The notes below the pieces were generated by a model. The model worked only from the letters and a program-made list of their open reading frames with translations. It was not told the DNA's origin and searched no databases. From Squalus acanthias (Eukaryota), in NCBI GenBank assembly GCA_030390025.1, contig CM059432.1:69876001-69940000 (forward strand): a stretch of 64,000 nt of DNA, written 5' to 3'. The position numbers were made by a program, and so were the translations under genes. Shown in pieces: positions 11,763 through 24,847 of the stretch; position 1 is the first letter of the stretch; each line of letters begins with the position of its first letter.

Positions 11763-12118
11763 TACTTTTTATTTTACTGAAGTGCCTCATGCCTCTGTTC
11801 GTGAAGCTGTACAACAATTATAGGCATGTATAAAGAGGAATGGAATGGCAGCTTAATTGTTTATTTTCTGAACATTCCCACTCCCAAAAACAGGTGCTAG
11901 AAATGTTAATCATTACATTTCTTACAACCATCTCCACCATTCTTTACTAGGATTGGTCCAAAACAGGTTTGTATAATCAGTCATTCTGTAAGGAACCTAT
12001 GCTGCCTTCTGATATTTTTAGCTTTTTGCTGAAATTAATTCAATTTGTTGGTGATTACTGCTTGCTAGATTTGTCTTATTGACACTGAAACCCTGTATAC
12101 TTTAAAACCTTTTTATAG

Positions 12119-12205
12119 GTAAGCCTTGAAGGGATTGGTGAAATAATAAAAGTTTCCTTTGTGTTACTAAACCCTTACCTGAATATGGGAGTAAGACTAT
12201 TTAAG
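12119..12205 (+). CDS. PLAT-domain gene, exon A (VSLEGIGEIIKVSF...RLFK)
   Basis: TTTTATAG acceptor, GTAAGA donor; phase 0/0; PLAT-like GIGEIIKV. Confidence 0.7.
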
Positions 12206-12328
12206 GTAAGAGACTTAAGAAAAATTGCTGAAGCAATTTCTTGGAAAAATATTATTGCCTTTTACTTAAAAGAAAAACTATTGCTGGCTGCAAATCTAAA
12301 CATATACAATAAATCTGTATTATCCCAG

Positions 12329-12461
12329 TTACGTATGAAGAACCTTAATACAAAACAGGAACTGGGATTTAACACCGCACGTTGTTGGTTGTTCAAAGAA
12401 CATGGATCCGAAACTGTGACAGAACTGGCAGCTGTTCGGCCAGACCGACAACCATTAAGGG
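12329..12461 (+). CDS. PLAT-domain gene, exon B (LRMKNLNTKQEL...ELAAVRPDRQPLR)
   Basis: CCCAG acceptor, GTAAAT donor; phase 0/1, which fits exon C. Confidence 0.75.
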
Positions 12462-12644
12462 GTAAATAAAATAAGTATTTATCAAAGGGCTAGTAAGCAT
12501 TCCAAAATATGTTTCATAATATATTTAGAATTTAATATTTTATAGTCTTACCTGTGAAATGTTTATCTGATTAGGACCTGTCTTGCCATAATTCATGACA
12601 TCTTCCCAACTCAGATGTGTTTCTCCTGATACATAAGAGCTGTT

Positions 12645-13426
12645 GGTCTAGAAATTTGGCCGCAGGGATCATTCCCGGTACCTGAATGGTAAAGCCTGAG
12701 GCACCCTCGGTATTGGGCCTCGGGTCTCATTTACAACGAGCCAGCGAGCTGCCAAGAGGAACAGGCAACTCGCCGGTGAGGCACAATTGAAGATTTGGCA
12801 TCCCAGTGGCCCTCAGGTAAGTGAAGAAGAGGGGGCGACTAAGTCGGGAAGTAGTGGCGCCGATCCACGGGGAGAGGGGTGGTTAGTGTTGGCGATCGAC
12901 GGAGTTGGTGGGGGGGTGGTTAGCGATGGCATTCGTACGGGGAGGGGGGCGGTTAGCGGCAGTTAGGTAGTGACTACGATCGGCAGGTGGAGGTAGCAGT
13001 GAGGGAGGGGTTAGCAGCAGGCGACGGCGATCGGTGGGGGTAGTTACGGCGATTGGTGGGGGTAGTTATGGCGATCGGTGGGGGTAGTTATGGTGATTGG
13101 TGGGGGGTAGTTACGGCGATCGGTGGGGGGTAGCAGTGGCCCCATTCTTTGAATGTGCATTCAGGAGGAGCTCCTTCTGGCTCCACATTCAGGTAAGTAT
13201 ATTTAAAAAACTTAACTTTTGGTTGCACCCCAACAGGCAGTCCTTTTAAAGACCGCCTATTAGGCTGCATGTAGACTTGGTTTCCCTGAGTGCAGGGGGC
13301 TGACTGCCTCAGGGCAAACCAATCTTTCAGTGGGGGTCTCAAACAGGCGTTAAGCCTCTTATTTTCATATGCAAAGAGTCTAACACTTATTTCAGGCATG
13401 GGTACTGCACGCTGATTTTTCTGGCC
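12645..13426. mobile_element. Harbinger-type MITE; same family as 52152-52890 (inverted) and related to 32233-32816
   Basis: Ends GGTCTAGAAATT / ATTTTTCTGGCC. The first ~140 bp match the reverse complement of about 52770-52890. G-rich internal tandem repeats. Confidence 0.7.
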
Positions 13427-13473
13427 AATATTTACCAATATGGCTTGCAATACTAATGGCTACTATTATATGT

Positions 13474-13606
13474 CATGATGCGGAGATGCCGGTGTTGGAC
13501 TGGGGTGGACAAAATTGAGAGGTCGCACAACACCAGGTTATAGTCCAACAGTTTTATTTGAAATCACAAGCTTTCGGAACTATCGCTCCTTCCTCAGGTG
13601 AAGTAA
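13474..13606 (-). mobile_element. Penelope-like terminal fragment (second family) with a hammerhead and a 12-bp TSD
   Basis: ACTATTATATGT at 13462-13473 and 13607-13618. Minus strand reads CTGAGGA-A-GGAGC-GATA-GTTCC-GAAAG-CTT. Confidence 0.78.
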
Positions 13607-13759
13607 ACTATTATATGTACCATTTAAATGTTATTGATTTAAGGATCACAAAGGAACCCTATTAGATAATAATGCAGAACTTAAATGTCAATGTAATCAT
13701 AGCTTTAAACAAAGCTGTAGAATTTCCTGGATTGATATTGAGTGTAAAAGGAAATTCGA

Positions 13760-14470
13760 GCATAAGTGAATTACACCCATTTGAACAATACACCAGAGTT
13801 TCCTTGATCTTTTATGCCAGTCTTTCCGTAAGTTCCTACTCCTCTGGACTCGCTCCATAGCAGCACTCTGCACCAGAACACAGACTCCTTGTATGGAAGG
13901 GCAACTGACTTCATTCAATATGGGATGTTACCAGCAGAGCAAAGGGACAGGGCCGTCAAATTCTATCAGCTCAATGGGTTTCCCAGAGTGCAGGGGGCCA
14001 TCAACGGCATGCATGTGATGCTCAAGGCATCAGTAGATGACACCGTGTCTTTCATTAACAGGAAAGGCTTCCACTCTTTGAATGTTCAGATAGTCAGTGA
14101 TGCCTCTCTGAGGATTCTCCATGTTAACGCTGAGTATCCCGGAAAGCTGCCATGATGCCTTTATTCTTCAGCATTCGACTGTCACCGACTTGTTCACCAG
14201 GCAGGGCCAAATGGATGGGTGAATTCTGGGGGACAAGGCATACACCCTTGAAGCATAACTCATTTGCATATCCCACAACACTGCAGAGGAATTCTCAGTG
14301 CCACAAGCCACTGGGGTAATGAAAGCTTCTTTCAGGTTCCTGGACAGGTCAGGAGGCATCTACAGTATGTGTCGGGCACAGTGGTGAGGATGGTGGTGGC
14401 CTACTGTGCGCTGCACAATTTCTCTCTGTGAGAAGGGCTCACCTTCGACATGTCTGCTGAGAATCCCGTG
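13760..14470 (+). pseudogene. Degenerate Harbinger transposase relic
   Basis: [32 protein letters not shown], and LGDKAY in a shifted frame. Confidence 0.85.
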
Positions 14471-14549
14471 GAACCGGACAATCCCAGGCTGGACATCCCA
14501 GAGCCGACGGGTCAATAGTTCCAAGTTCCCCTCCAAGTCACACACCATC

Positions 14550-14761
14550 CTGACTTAGAAGTATATCGTTGTTCCTTCATTGTCGCTGGGTCAAAATCCT
14601 GGAATTCCCTCCCTAACAGCACTGTGGGAGTACCTTCACCACACGGACTGCAGCGGTTCAAGAAGACGGCTCACCACCACCTTCTCAAGGGCAACTAGGG
14701 ATGGGCAATAAATGCTGGCCTTGCCAGCGACACCCACATCCCATGAACAAATAAAAAAAAA
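14550..14761 (+). mobile_element. CR1/L2-clade LINE 3' end with an A-rich tail
   Basis: SWNSLP-coding segment and 3' UTR. An inverted copy lies at about 26655-26722 plus 27401-27420. Confidence 0.65.
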
Positions 14762-15184
14762 TATCAGACAGATGTTTACACACTATGAGCTGCCAGGGTA
14801 GTCCATTTTCTGTAAAAGATTCATGAGACATCACTACGAGAGTTAGGATGATGAAATCAGCTGAGAGTCTCCAGTCATTAAACATTGGTCGTGTTGAGAG
14901 TGGTTTGTCACATAGGTTCATGTGTCAGTAACATCTCAATAAAGATCTCTCCAGAAAGTGTTGCATTATTTGATCTATTGACGCTACTCAGCTCATCACT
15001 CTACTGAACCTTCCTCCCTTCTTCCTTCTACGCTCCAAAAACACTCCTATATCGTCCTCCTCCTCCTGTTCCTCCTCCTGCAATATTGTCGTGTTGCAAT
15101 TAAGACTCATCTCCCATATAAATTCATTCTTGCTTGAGTAAGAATGAAGTTGGATTGATATAGCACCATCACGTCCTCATGTCA

Positions 15185-15390
15185 CTCTGCCTAAACCTCT
15201 CTGCCTCTCTCCCTCTCTTTCCTCCTTTAAGACGCTGATTAAAACCTACCTCTTTGATCAAGCTTTTGGTCATCTGCCCTAATTTCTCCGTATGTGGCTC
15301 GGTGTCAAATTTTTGTCTTATAATACTCTGTGAAGCGCCTTGAGACATTTTACTACGTTAAAGGCGCTATATAAATACAAGTTGTTGTTT
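15185..15390 (+). mobile_element. L2-type LINE 3' end
   Basis: FKTLIKTYLF-coding end, GTGAAGCGCCTT...AAAGGCGCT hairpin and a (GTT)n tail. Confidence 0.7.
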
Positions 15391-15613
15391 TAAAATCCTC
15401 TATTAAATGTTCTTATAGCATGCTCTGCTCCAGTGGAAATAGTCCCTGCATCTCCAGTCTCAGTCCATGTTCCTTCAGTGGTGAAGATGGATATGTGAAC
15501 CAGACTGGACACCCCACACAGCCCCTCCCAGTCTATACTGATCCCAGTGACACTATAATTAGCCTATTGGAACAGGAGGAGGCCATTCACCACTAGGCAG
15601 AGAAGGTTAAGAG

Positions 15614-15732
15614 ATTTTCCTGCTTTTTTCCAGTCCTGACGAAAGGTCTTCGACCTGAAACGTTAACTCTGTTTCTCTCTCCACGGATGCTGCCTGGCCT
15701 GCTGAGTTTTTCCAGCATTTTCTGTTGTTATT
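15614..15732 (+). mobile_element. Penelope-like fragment with a hammerhead, inserted in a CR1 with an 11-bp TSD
   Basis: AAGGTTAAGAG at 15603-15613 and 15733-15743. Core CTGACGA-A-AGGTC-TTC-GACCT-GAAAC-GTT. Confidence 0.8.
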
Positions 15733-16120
15733 AAGGTTAAGAGGAGATTTGATAGAGGTATTCAAAATCATGAATGGTTTTGGTAGAGTAAATAAGGAGA
15801 AACTGTATCCAGTGGCAGGAGGGTTGGTAACCAAAGGATATAAGGTAATTGGCAAAAGAACCAGAGGCGACATGAGGAAACATTCTTTATAGGCAGCGAG
15901 CTGTTGTGATCTGGAATGCACTGCCTGATAGGGTGGTGGAAGCAGATTCAATAGTAACTTTCAAAAGGGAATTGGATAAATACTTGAAGGGAAAAGAAGT
16001 TTCAGGGCTATGGGGAAAGGGTAGGGGAGTGGGACTAATTGGATAGCTCCACCAAAGTGCCGGCACAGGCGTGATGGGCTGAATGGCCTCCTTCTGTGCT
16101 GTATGATTCTATGATTATAT
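15733..16120 (+). mobile_element. CR1 3' fragment
   Basis: RLRGDLIEVFKIM...WNALP coding and an ATTCTATG tail. Confidence 0.88.
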
Positions 16121-16986
16121 GAAGTCAGAAGCATAGAATAGTCAGCTGATGGAGCAGCTGTTGAGTGACTGAATGCCCCCAACTTCGGAACCCCGTTCCC
16201 ACGGGAAAGCACTCTGAGAATAAACAACATTATAAGCTATGGAACTTTTATTGAAGGTTCAACTTCAAAGAAACATATCTCGAGGTTCAGAGCCTTCTGC
16301 ATTGCTGAGCGACACATGGACGGTCTTAATTCCTACATTCTAATTGTAAAGATTTTACATTTTAGTTCTTTATGTTTCTTTACAAAGGTAGTAAAAGACC
16401 GAAAATAGAAACAGAAAATGCTGGGAAACAATCAACAGGTCAGGCAGCATCTTGGAGAGAGAAACAGAGTTAATGGGGGGAATTTTAATGTGGGTGAGCA
16501 CATGGGTTTGGGTGCGGGTGAAATCCGGTAAAAATGCAAGCGCGTCGGGCAGTCGGCTCCAACCCACCGACTTCCCCATTTAACTGCAGCGCGTTAGGCT
16601 GCGTGTGAGCATCCCCCTCGGGAGAGGCGGGTTGTCAATTTCTATATGTTAGTAGGTCAATTACAGTGATATTAACATGGGTTTTGGAGTTTAACTTTGG
16701 TTTCATGGGTTTCCCGGGCTTCCTGGAACTCGTCAGTGAAAGCAAGGCAAGAACACTGCGGCAATTGATGGGGCTGAAGTCATGACAGGGAAATATGCCA
16801 GTAAGTACTGAGTACTCACAGTTGCTTTCTTACCTGCTTATGTGAAAGGGTTTGTTCACAGTACTTGTGCTGAGAGGTTACTTTACACACTTTGGAGGTA
16901 ACTTTACACACTTTGGAAGTGTCAGCTACACTTTGGAGGTTCGGAGGTCTGATCTGCACGTTGGAGCTCCAATCTATCATATCAGC

Positions 16987-18180
16987 ATGGGTGCCGCTTA
17001 CGCTGTGTTACTTATGACCTCAGATGAGGACAAAGATGACCACCAGCAGCAGCAGGAGCTGCAGGAGCAGTAGGACCTGCACCAGCAACAGCCTGCTGCT
17101 CACAAACCTGCAGCTCCACAGGGGAGAGGGGATCAGCAGAGAGGTGCAGCTCGCAGGAGGCCATACCCGGCACACAGGATCTACAGGCAAAGGATAAGCT
17201 TCCTCGACATGTCAGAACGCCAGTGTCTCAGGAGGCGTGTCACGTCAGGTGATGGCAGACATTTGCAGCCTTCTGGAACAAGACCTACTGCCAGCTGGAC
17301 CTGGTGGCCATGCTTTACCAGTGGCTGTCAAAATCACCCCCACACTCAACTTTTTTGCCTTTGGATCCTTTCAGGGCTTATCTGGAGACATTGACAGGAT
17401 CTTGAAGTCGGCAGCACACAACTGCATAAGACAGGTGACTGATTGCTTCTTTGCCAGGGCTGTCAATTATGTCAACTTCGCCTGCGATGACGCCTGTCAG
17501 AATGAGCGGGTGCTTGGGTTTGCATCTCTGACTGGCTTCCTACAGGTGCAGGGCGTCATTGACTGCACGCATGTGGCAATTAAGGCACCCCCGCATCACC
17601 CAGGAGTACTCGTCAACCGCAAGCGCTTCCACTTCCAATGTGCAGCTGGTGTGCAACCACAAAAAGATCTTTATGCAGTTTTGTGCAACATTCCCAGGCA
17701 GCTGCCATGATGCTTTCACCCTGCGGCAGTCCACCCTCCCAAACGTCTTCGCACCTGGAAGCAGAGTTATCGGCTGGCTGCTCAGAGACAAGGAATATGC
17801 ATTTAAAACCTGGCTGATGACACCTCTCAGAAACCTGAGGAATGAGGCACAGGAACGATACAATGAATGCCATATGACCACCAGATGTGCTGAAGATGTG
17901 CTTTAGGTGCCTGGACAGATCTGGAGGAGCCCTTCAGTATGCACCAGCAAGGGTCTCCAGAATGGTCGTGGTGTGCTGTGTTCTGCACAACATTGTGCAG
18001 CAGCGAGGTTTGGAACTGCAGGAGGAACAAGGCGCAGAGCGCAGTGCCTCTTCAGATGATTCCGAGGAGGAGGAGGAGGAAGACGAGGAGGAGGAGGAGG
18101 TGGAAGGTGCTGCGGGCAATACACCACCGGCGGTGCACATTAATGCCCGGGATGCCCTCATTATTGTGAGGTTCACTTAG
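16987..18180 (+). pseudogene. Harbinger transposase, frameshifted
   Basis: IDCTHV, NVQLVC, FPGSCHD and [13 protein letters not shown] are spread over several frames; acidic C-terminal tail. Confidence 0.9.
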
Positions 18181-18484
18181 GATCCACCAGTGTTCCCATC
18201 TAACAACCACATGCAAAAGCCACTTCTCCCTGCCCACTCAATGCCACTAACACAAAGCAGTCCTGCAAACAACCAAGCCTCCCTTTCATAGACTCCCATT
18301 GCTTGGCGTCAATTCATGTCTTCCCATTCATCATCACACAACTGAAAAGGACACTTGCCAGCCAGCAAGAATGGGCAAGATGTGAAAGTGGTGCAAAACA
18401 ATCAGATTTATGTGGCTCATTTGTACAACTGAAACCTAACATTCTAATGATGTGCAACTCACCCATGTGCAGACCCTTGTGTGA

Positions 18485-20294
18485 CTACAAATCTTTACTC
18501 TTCCTTTTCCTACCACTTCTATGAGGTGCAAACTCTGTGGCTTCAGCAGAGGTAGAGGCAGGCTGCTCAGATCCCTGCCTTGACAGCTGAGATGCTTTTT
18601 GCCGATCTCCTCTGGGTTTTGGAGCCCGTGAGGGCCCCGCCAATGAATGCTCTACCTGCACCTGTGCAGGGGTAGACTCGGCCATCGGGACATGAGGCCA
18701 CATGTAGGGTACTTACTATGGGGGGGTGGGGGCAACAGGTGAGAAGTGGAAGCTTTGAGTGGGGTCTCCACTTCTATGTCCCCTTTCACCATCATCCCTC
18801 TCATAGCCCAGCCGTACTTCCCTGCTAGCAATGAGCTGGGGAGCACTTTTCTGCAAATCAGTGGGGCGATGAACGGCCAAGGCTAGGGTATCAGTCATCC
18901 TATTTAAGGTGGCATTCATAGTGTGAAAGCCATTGTTGAAGGCCTGCATGCACTCGTGTGATTGCCGCGGTTTGATGCTCCATGCAGGTAGCCACTCTTT
19001 CCATAGACGAAGACAATATCGCAAAGGCCTGCGATATCATGCCACTCATGCTTGAGACATACTCCTCCAATCTCTCTGCAAACGTGCACAGTGCGGCTGG
19101 AACGCCTGCCAGTACATCGCACATTCTCTGCTGCTGCTACAAAAGTATCCTGTTTGTCGACGGCCCCCAAGATACAGCATCTGTGTCCATCTGAGCAGAA
19201 CTTGGAGCATCCTGAGCCCTCCGACGAGGACTCTCCACTGCTGCCCCTGTATCCACCATCTGCTCATGCTCACTTATGATGTGCGAGTCACCAGGTGAAA
19301 ACCCAACTATCTGCCTTACTGGTCCCACCGAAGTGCAAGTATCTGAGCTGGTGCATGGTCTGCATGAGCCTGTGATGGTGCACACTCAGAGGATTAACCT
19401 CCTCTGAGGAGTCGTCATCATCATCAGCCAGCTGGACCACCTCCTGCGGGACGTGGGTAGGCCCTGTGGGAGATATAAGAAATTAATGAGTTCTGTCAAG
19501 GTAAGAATCTTTGAAGTTATCATTATGCACATGATTATATTTCACTCGCTGTTGACATCAAGTCACCATGAGTGAATGTTGTCTGCTATGTGGCGGTCTG
19601 ATATTTAATTCCGTCACCAGGTAGCTGCGAGGCCCCCATCTCCGACGGCCAGACACGCTGAGGCATCACTGATTTCCAGCGCCTGCTCCTCTGCACTCAT
19701 TAGCTATGAGATGGTTGGAGGGCCACCTCCGGTTCTCTGCCTCTCTCTCGTGTTTAGTGCTCTCTTCTCCTGCAAGGAGGGATAGAAGAAACCTATGAGT
19801 GAGAGTAATGGCATGTGTTGAACGGATGGATGGAGAGCATTTGTTGAGGGTGACTATGAGGGAGAGGCATGAAATTGCATAAGGATGAGTGCCAGTGGTG
19901 GATGGAAGATGTGGATGTGAGGAAGTGTGTAGACAGAGAGGGATGTGTGTACCTGCAAGGTAAGTTGATGTAAGGAGTGATGTGCTGGAGAAAGCTTGAG
20001 AAGGCAGAGTGAGGGGGTTGAGGTGATATGCACATCAGGATGTAGGTGAATGTGCCATTGCTCTCACCTTTCCTGCCCTGCTTAGGTCATTGAACTGCTT
20101 CCTGCATTGTATCCAGGAGTATGGCACCACGCTTCTGTTGCTGACCTCTTGTGCCACCTCCAACCACTCCTTCTTGGTGTCCCCAGCCGGCTTCTTCCTC
20201 CCATTGCTAGGGAACTGTATATCGCTCTGGGTCCTCACAGCCCCCAGCAGCACATCCTGAAGCGGGGCGCAGCCTTTTACCTTCTACCTTCCAT
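18485..20294 (-). pseudogene. Harbinger Myb/SANT partner gene (3 exons), decayed
   Basis: WLEVAQEV..SWIQCRKQFNDLSRAGK followed by GTGAGA. Later segments match the gene at 48118-50082, ending in RSGRKRK. Confidence 0.8.
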
Positions 20295-20867
20295 GGCAAC
20301 ACTTCTTTCTTTTTAAATAGTAGTGTTGAAATCGCGTCATGTGGGTCGTCATCACGCCCGCATGACGTTAATTGGCCGAGAAACATGGAAATCATATGTC
20401 AATGCAGTGGCTGTGTTAAAAAGCCACTGACAGATGCGCTTCACATACTATCGCCGCACCCCCCCACCCCCCCCCCCCCCCCGGTCCATTAAAATCCAGG
20501 CCCATGTTGCTGTTACCTGCTAACCCAAACCTTACTCTGAAGAATGACAGTTCTACTGCCGATGTTTCCCAGGGCCCATCAGTGCTTTAGCTATTTCCGA
20601 TATCTGAGTTCACGCTGGTTTGTACATTGAAGTGTATGCTAATGATATCTTTGGTGTGAGTTGTTGTTGGCGATATCGGCGCAGAAACTGGCGTATTCAT
20701 CAGCCATAATTGACGATTTCACTGATCCAGGAAATTCTACCCCAATGTTTATTGCTTCCTTGGTTCACTTAAGTTATAATGAGTGACTATCTTATCATTG
20801 TATTCTTTCACAGTTCACAATGCATTAGAAGAAACTATAATAGACTAACTGTTTCTGCTTCCTGCAG

Positions 20868-21016
20868 ATATCTTGTATTCAGTAAGTGTGTTCACAGGGA
20901 ACCTTCCTGCAGCAAATACTGATGCAGATGTTTCCATTATGATGTTTGGTGAGCATGGAGATACTTGCAAAAGGAAACTCAGGCGTAGTCACTCTGTGCT
21001 GTTTGAAAAACATCAG
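20868..21016 (+). CDS. PLAT-domain gene, exon C (ILYSVSVFTGNLPAANTDADV...GEHGDTCKRKL...EKHQ)
   Basis: Classic PLAT N-terminal half; CCTGCAG acceptor, GTTGGT donor; phase 1/0. Confidence 0.9.
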
Positions 21017-21686
21017 GTTGGTACTCCTGCAAATAAAGTTTCAGTTAAAATATCTTCAAGTGATTGTATGCACAGTACCAACTGAGAAGTCACAAGTTTT
21101 CCATAGCCTAATGCATGCTTTGGAAACCCCTTTTCAGCAGGTGGTGATTAACTCTACATTTTAACTCTTGAATACAAAGGACAGAGTCCCCAACAGTGTC
21201 TCAGGGAGTGTTCCATAAGTGTAGAAATGGGCCTCTAAATTTCAACGGTTTGATAGGGCTCAAACCCAGCTGAACTACCCAAGTGGATATGAAATTTGGG
21301 GAGGAGAGAGCATCTGGCAGTTTTACACTACATTTAAGTTCTGCCCTAAAGTCTGCCGGTAGTGAGGGACGGTATAAGATGCATTCACCTGAGCTAAGGT
21401 GCAACCATGCAAATGATGGATTTATGCCAAAATGATATCATCAGTCCCAAATTCAGTTATTTACACCTGAGAATCAATCAATCTAACTTATGCCATTATA
21501 GGACAGTATTAACTTAGAACATAAGCTGAGGAAGGCTAATGCAGGAATGTTAAAATTGCTGTGTTTCTTTGTGCTGTTATATAGAGACTCATTACTTTGG
21601 ATTGGTCTTGTGTCGACATTTATTGTTCTTTATTTTGGAGGCTTCTAGCTTCATTTAGAATTCTCCCTCAAGATTGTTTCTTGTTT

Positions 21687-22033
21687 GGGGAATTTCCCTA
21701 AAAGGAAGAAGACTGCAAAACATTTTTTCCTATTTGCACCTCCTGGCTCTACAAAAATAGTGCAGTGGCTGCCGGCCCTGGATCACCAATACCACCCCCG
21801 CCCCCCCACCCCCCACTACCCCCCACCCCCGCACACTATTTGTGTACTGGTTTGGCGTGGGAGCCAGCCGAAATTCCTCAGGCCCGAAACCGGCAAGCTA
21901 CATCGAGATGCCCATTTGGCAGTTCCATTTAAATGAAGCCCAGGCCTCAAAGCAGCTCTGACCTCTTCTCCCTGGAACGGGTGGGCAGCTGGCGTGCTCA
22001 AACAGTTGGCCACGCAAAGGATAAAATCTACCC
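21687..22033. mobile_element. Probable short MITE remnant
   Basis: GGGGAATTT start and AAAATCTACCC end resemble the other Harbinger termini; no TSD. Confidence 0.35.
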
Positions 22034-24588
22034 TCGTGTCACAGAATGGTGATATCCAAATAAGCAGTGTGAAACACACATAGAAAATTCAATATATTAT
22101 GTAGCTATGAAGTATAAAATTCTGCACTTAAAAGAGAAAATATGTAGGGAGAGTACATTCAATGTAAGGGTCATAAAGAAATGTCTAACCTAGTAAAAGA
22201 TATTTGTATTTTAGTTTCTCATGTATTTCCTTGCTTATTGGACTTGTGTTGAATTTTGCTAGCATGAATAACTCCCAATTAGGGTGGCAATCTCTTGGGT
22301 AAGTAAGCAGAGATGTTTTCTGACAGATTTTATTGTTGATGCTAGTGTGCAGCTAAATGTGGAAACTTGAAATGAAATTTTTTTGTGGGGAACTAAAAAA
22401 GAATTTACATATTTTTTATATTAGCAAGGTTTATGTTATGTTGAAAGCATGAAGTGCTACACACACCATTTTCATTAAATACTTCTTACATAGTCAACAG
22501 AATGAGGTTCAAAGGGTGGGAACATGGCGAGGACTGAAATTAGTAGGGATTGAGGATTATTATTTAGGACAAGGCAGGATGGTGATCTTCGCTCAAAATG
22601 TTTATGACATGCCAGCGTAGTGGCTCTTGTCCAATGTGAAGGGTTCTGAACAATCTGTTCCATAACAGTTAAAATTTAGAAACTCTTCTCCAAGGTAGAA
22701 GATTTTTTTAAATATACCAGTAAATCTTGCATGATGTTGCTCATGTGTAGTCTTGGGCATAGGCCGGGGAGCAGAGCAGTAGGATGGATTTGGTGCATTC
22801 GCTGGTCCACCTACATTAGTGTGGCTTGCACAGTGTTTCATCATTTTCATTTATTCTGTACTGTTGTTTATCTTTTCTCCACCAAAAACATGAGAAATAT
22901 TAGAAATCCTTTAGTGTCAATTTATTCAGCAAGTATTCCCTCACTTTCATAAACAGTTTTAGCTTTCCAAATGTTGAGAATGATCTTATTACTAGATTTC
23001 TCTGGCCAAGACCTGATTACTTTTCTATTACCAAACCCTTCCTCTTTAGTATACCGAGCTCCACACAGGTTCTTTCACAGCTCTAGTTTAGGAGCAGGTG
23101 CAGTTGAAAAGTTTTTCTGTTTGAGTGCTGTGGTGAATAATCTAATTAATTAATAAATACTTGTGAATATCAAGCACCTGGAGGTCAGGCATGCCCCAAA
23201 GATAGGGAAAACTTAGTAACCACATATGCACTGTCACTGAGGGTTAAAAAAAACAGTAATCAGGGCCACTGTGATCTTAAATTGTACAAATGCTGAGTCG
23301 TGGAAATATCATGATCCAAGGTCTTCACTTTCATAAACATTTCCATTTTGAAGCTTTGGGAATGGGACACTAAGCTAGTCTAAGTCCCTGAGAGAAAAAA
23401 GGTCTGAAGGGAGAAGGTGTCGGAGATGTTGGCAGATTGCATTGGTTTTGTGATTTTTTTTTTCTAAAATGATTGATTTTTTTATTGTACTTATTATGTT
23501 ACAAATTTTATTTTAGAGATATATTGTGGTATGAGTGGAGAACCAGCCTGGCTATTGAAAAAACTTTGAAAAGAAATTCAGGAATATGATTGGTTCTCTG
23601 TTTTGTTCTCTGTTTTGTGAATGTGAAGTTTTGAGAAATAGGAAAGTACGCTGTGGTTAAGGGTTTTTGATTAGCTGACTTTTAAAAAATATGAAATTTG
23701 AACCAATCAGTTTGCTTCATGCCGAATGAGCACATTGGCTACTTTATCTTAGACACATTGGCACTCTCCCATATTCCATGGACCCATCATAAATGTACCA
23801 GAAGCAAAACTTCTATATTTTAATTTGGGAGAGAAAACTTTACATTGAAAAATCTTCTGCCAACATTATTGCTAGCTGTTAACAGGCATATACTTAATTG
23901 AAGCATAAGATATATTAAAATGCTTGGTGTCAATTTACCTGTCCTCCCTGTGCCTGGCACCAGGAAAGTGGGGTGTATCTAAGTTTGCTCCATCTGCAGG
24001 TTCATGTTATTATCATACTCACGAGGTGCCTCCAGTGCAGGCCTCCCTCCTGAAATGAGAATAGAAGTACAGCTACTGTTGTATGCTTGAGAGGTTTGAA
24101 GTAGCAGGAATCTTTTCCTCTCCTTTGCCCCATGAAATTGAAAGTTCCCCAGGTGCTTTGGAGAGGAAAATCAATTCCTATTCACCGATCCTGCACTCCC
24201 AGCAGAAAGGAAGCTGCGCTCAAAATAAACACAGGGTGGGTGAAATTACGGTTATGTTACTGTTGGCCTTTTATAGCTAGGAATTTCCTCAAAGGTTCTC
24301 CCAATCAGCTGCTATAACTTCACTGGGTGATCATCAGAAAATCTGTATAAACTGTGTAAATAGGGTTTCCGCTGATCTTCCACCAAAGTTACAGTGGCCG
24401 ATTGGGAGAACCCCCAAGGAAATTCCCAGTGCATATATTTTTGATTCATATTGTGTTCATGGCCGTTGATATCAAATACTGCAAGTATCTTCAAAATACT
24501 ATAGATTTTGTCAACTATAAAAATCTCCTGTCTTCCACACAATTCATTTGTTTAATTTTTGTTATACTTTGTATATTCCTGTTGTTAG

Positions 24589-24847
24589 GTCAGCATCTTT
24601 CATATACAAGCTGTAGACCTGGGTATTCCAACACAAGTGCATGTTGAACACAACAGTGCTGGATATGGGGCTGGCTGGTATCTAGAGACAATCAGTATAA
24701 TGGAACCAACAGAGACCAGTGGAGCCCATGAGTATGTGTTTCTATGCCAACAGTGGCTAGACAGTGAAGTTGCTGACAGAAAAATTAAAAAGAAGTTAAA
24801 GCTCCTTGGAAAAGTCAGCAATAAAAAGACGACAGAAAATTTTCAGG
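24589..24847 (+). CDS. PLAT-domain gene, exon D (VSIFHIQAVDLG...HNSAGYGAGWYLE...FLCQQWLD)
   Basis: Classic PLAT C-terminal half; TTAG acceptor, GTATGA donor; phase 0/1. Confidence 0.92.

Larger units (their letters stand above)
16475..20502. mobile_element. Full-length but decayed Harbinger transposon, inserted into a Penelope fragment (about 16400-16474)
   Basis: TIRs GGGGGGAATTTTAATG / CATTAAAATCCAGGCC. Convergent transposase and Myb/SANT genes. Confidence 0.88.

Noticed and set aside
16460..16480. Harbinger targeting the hammerhead cleavage site
   Set aside because: A single case, and the Penelope sequence does not clearly resume after the element.
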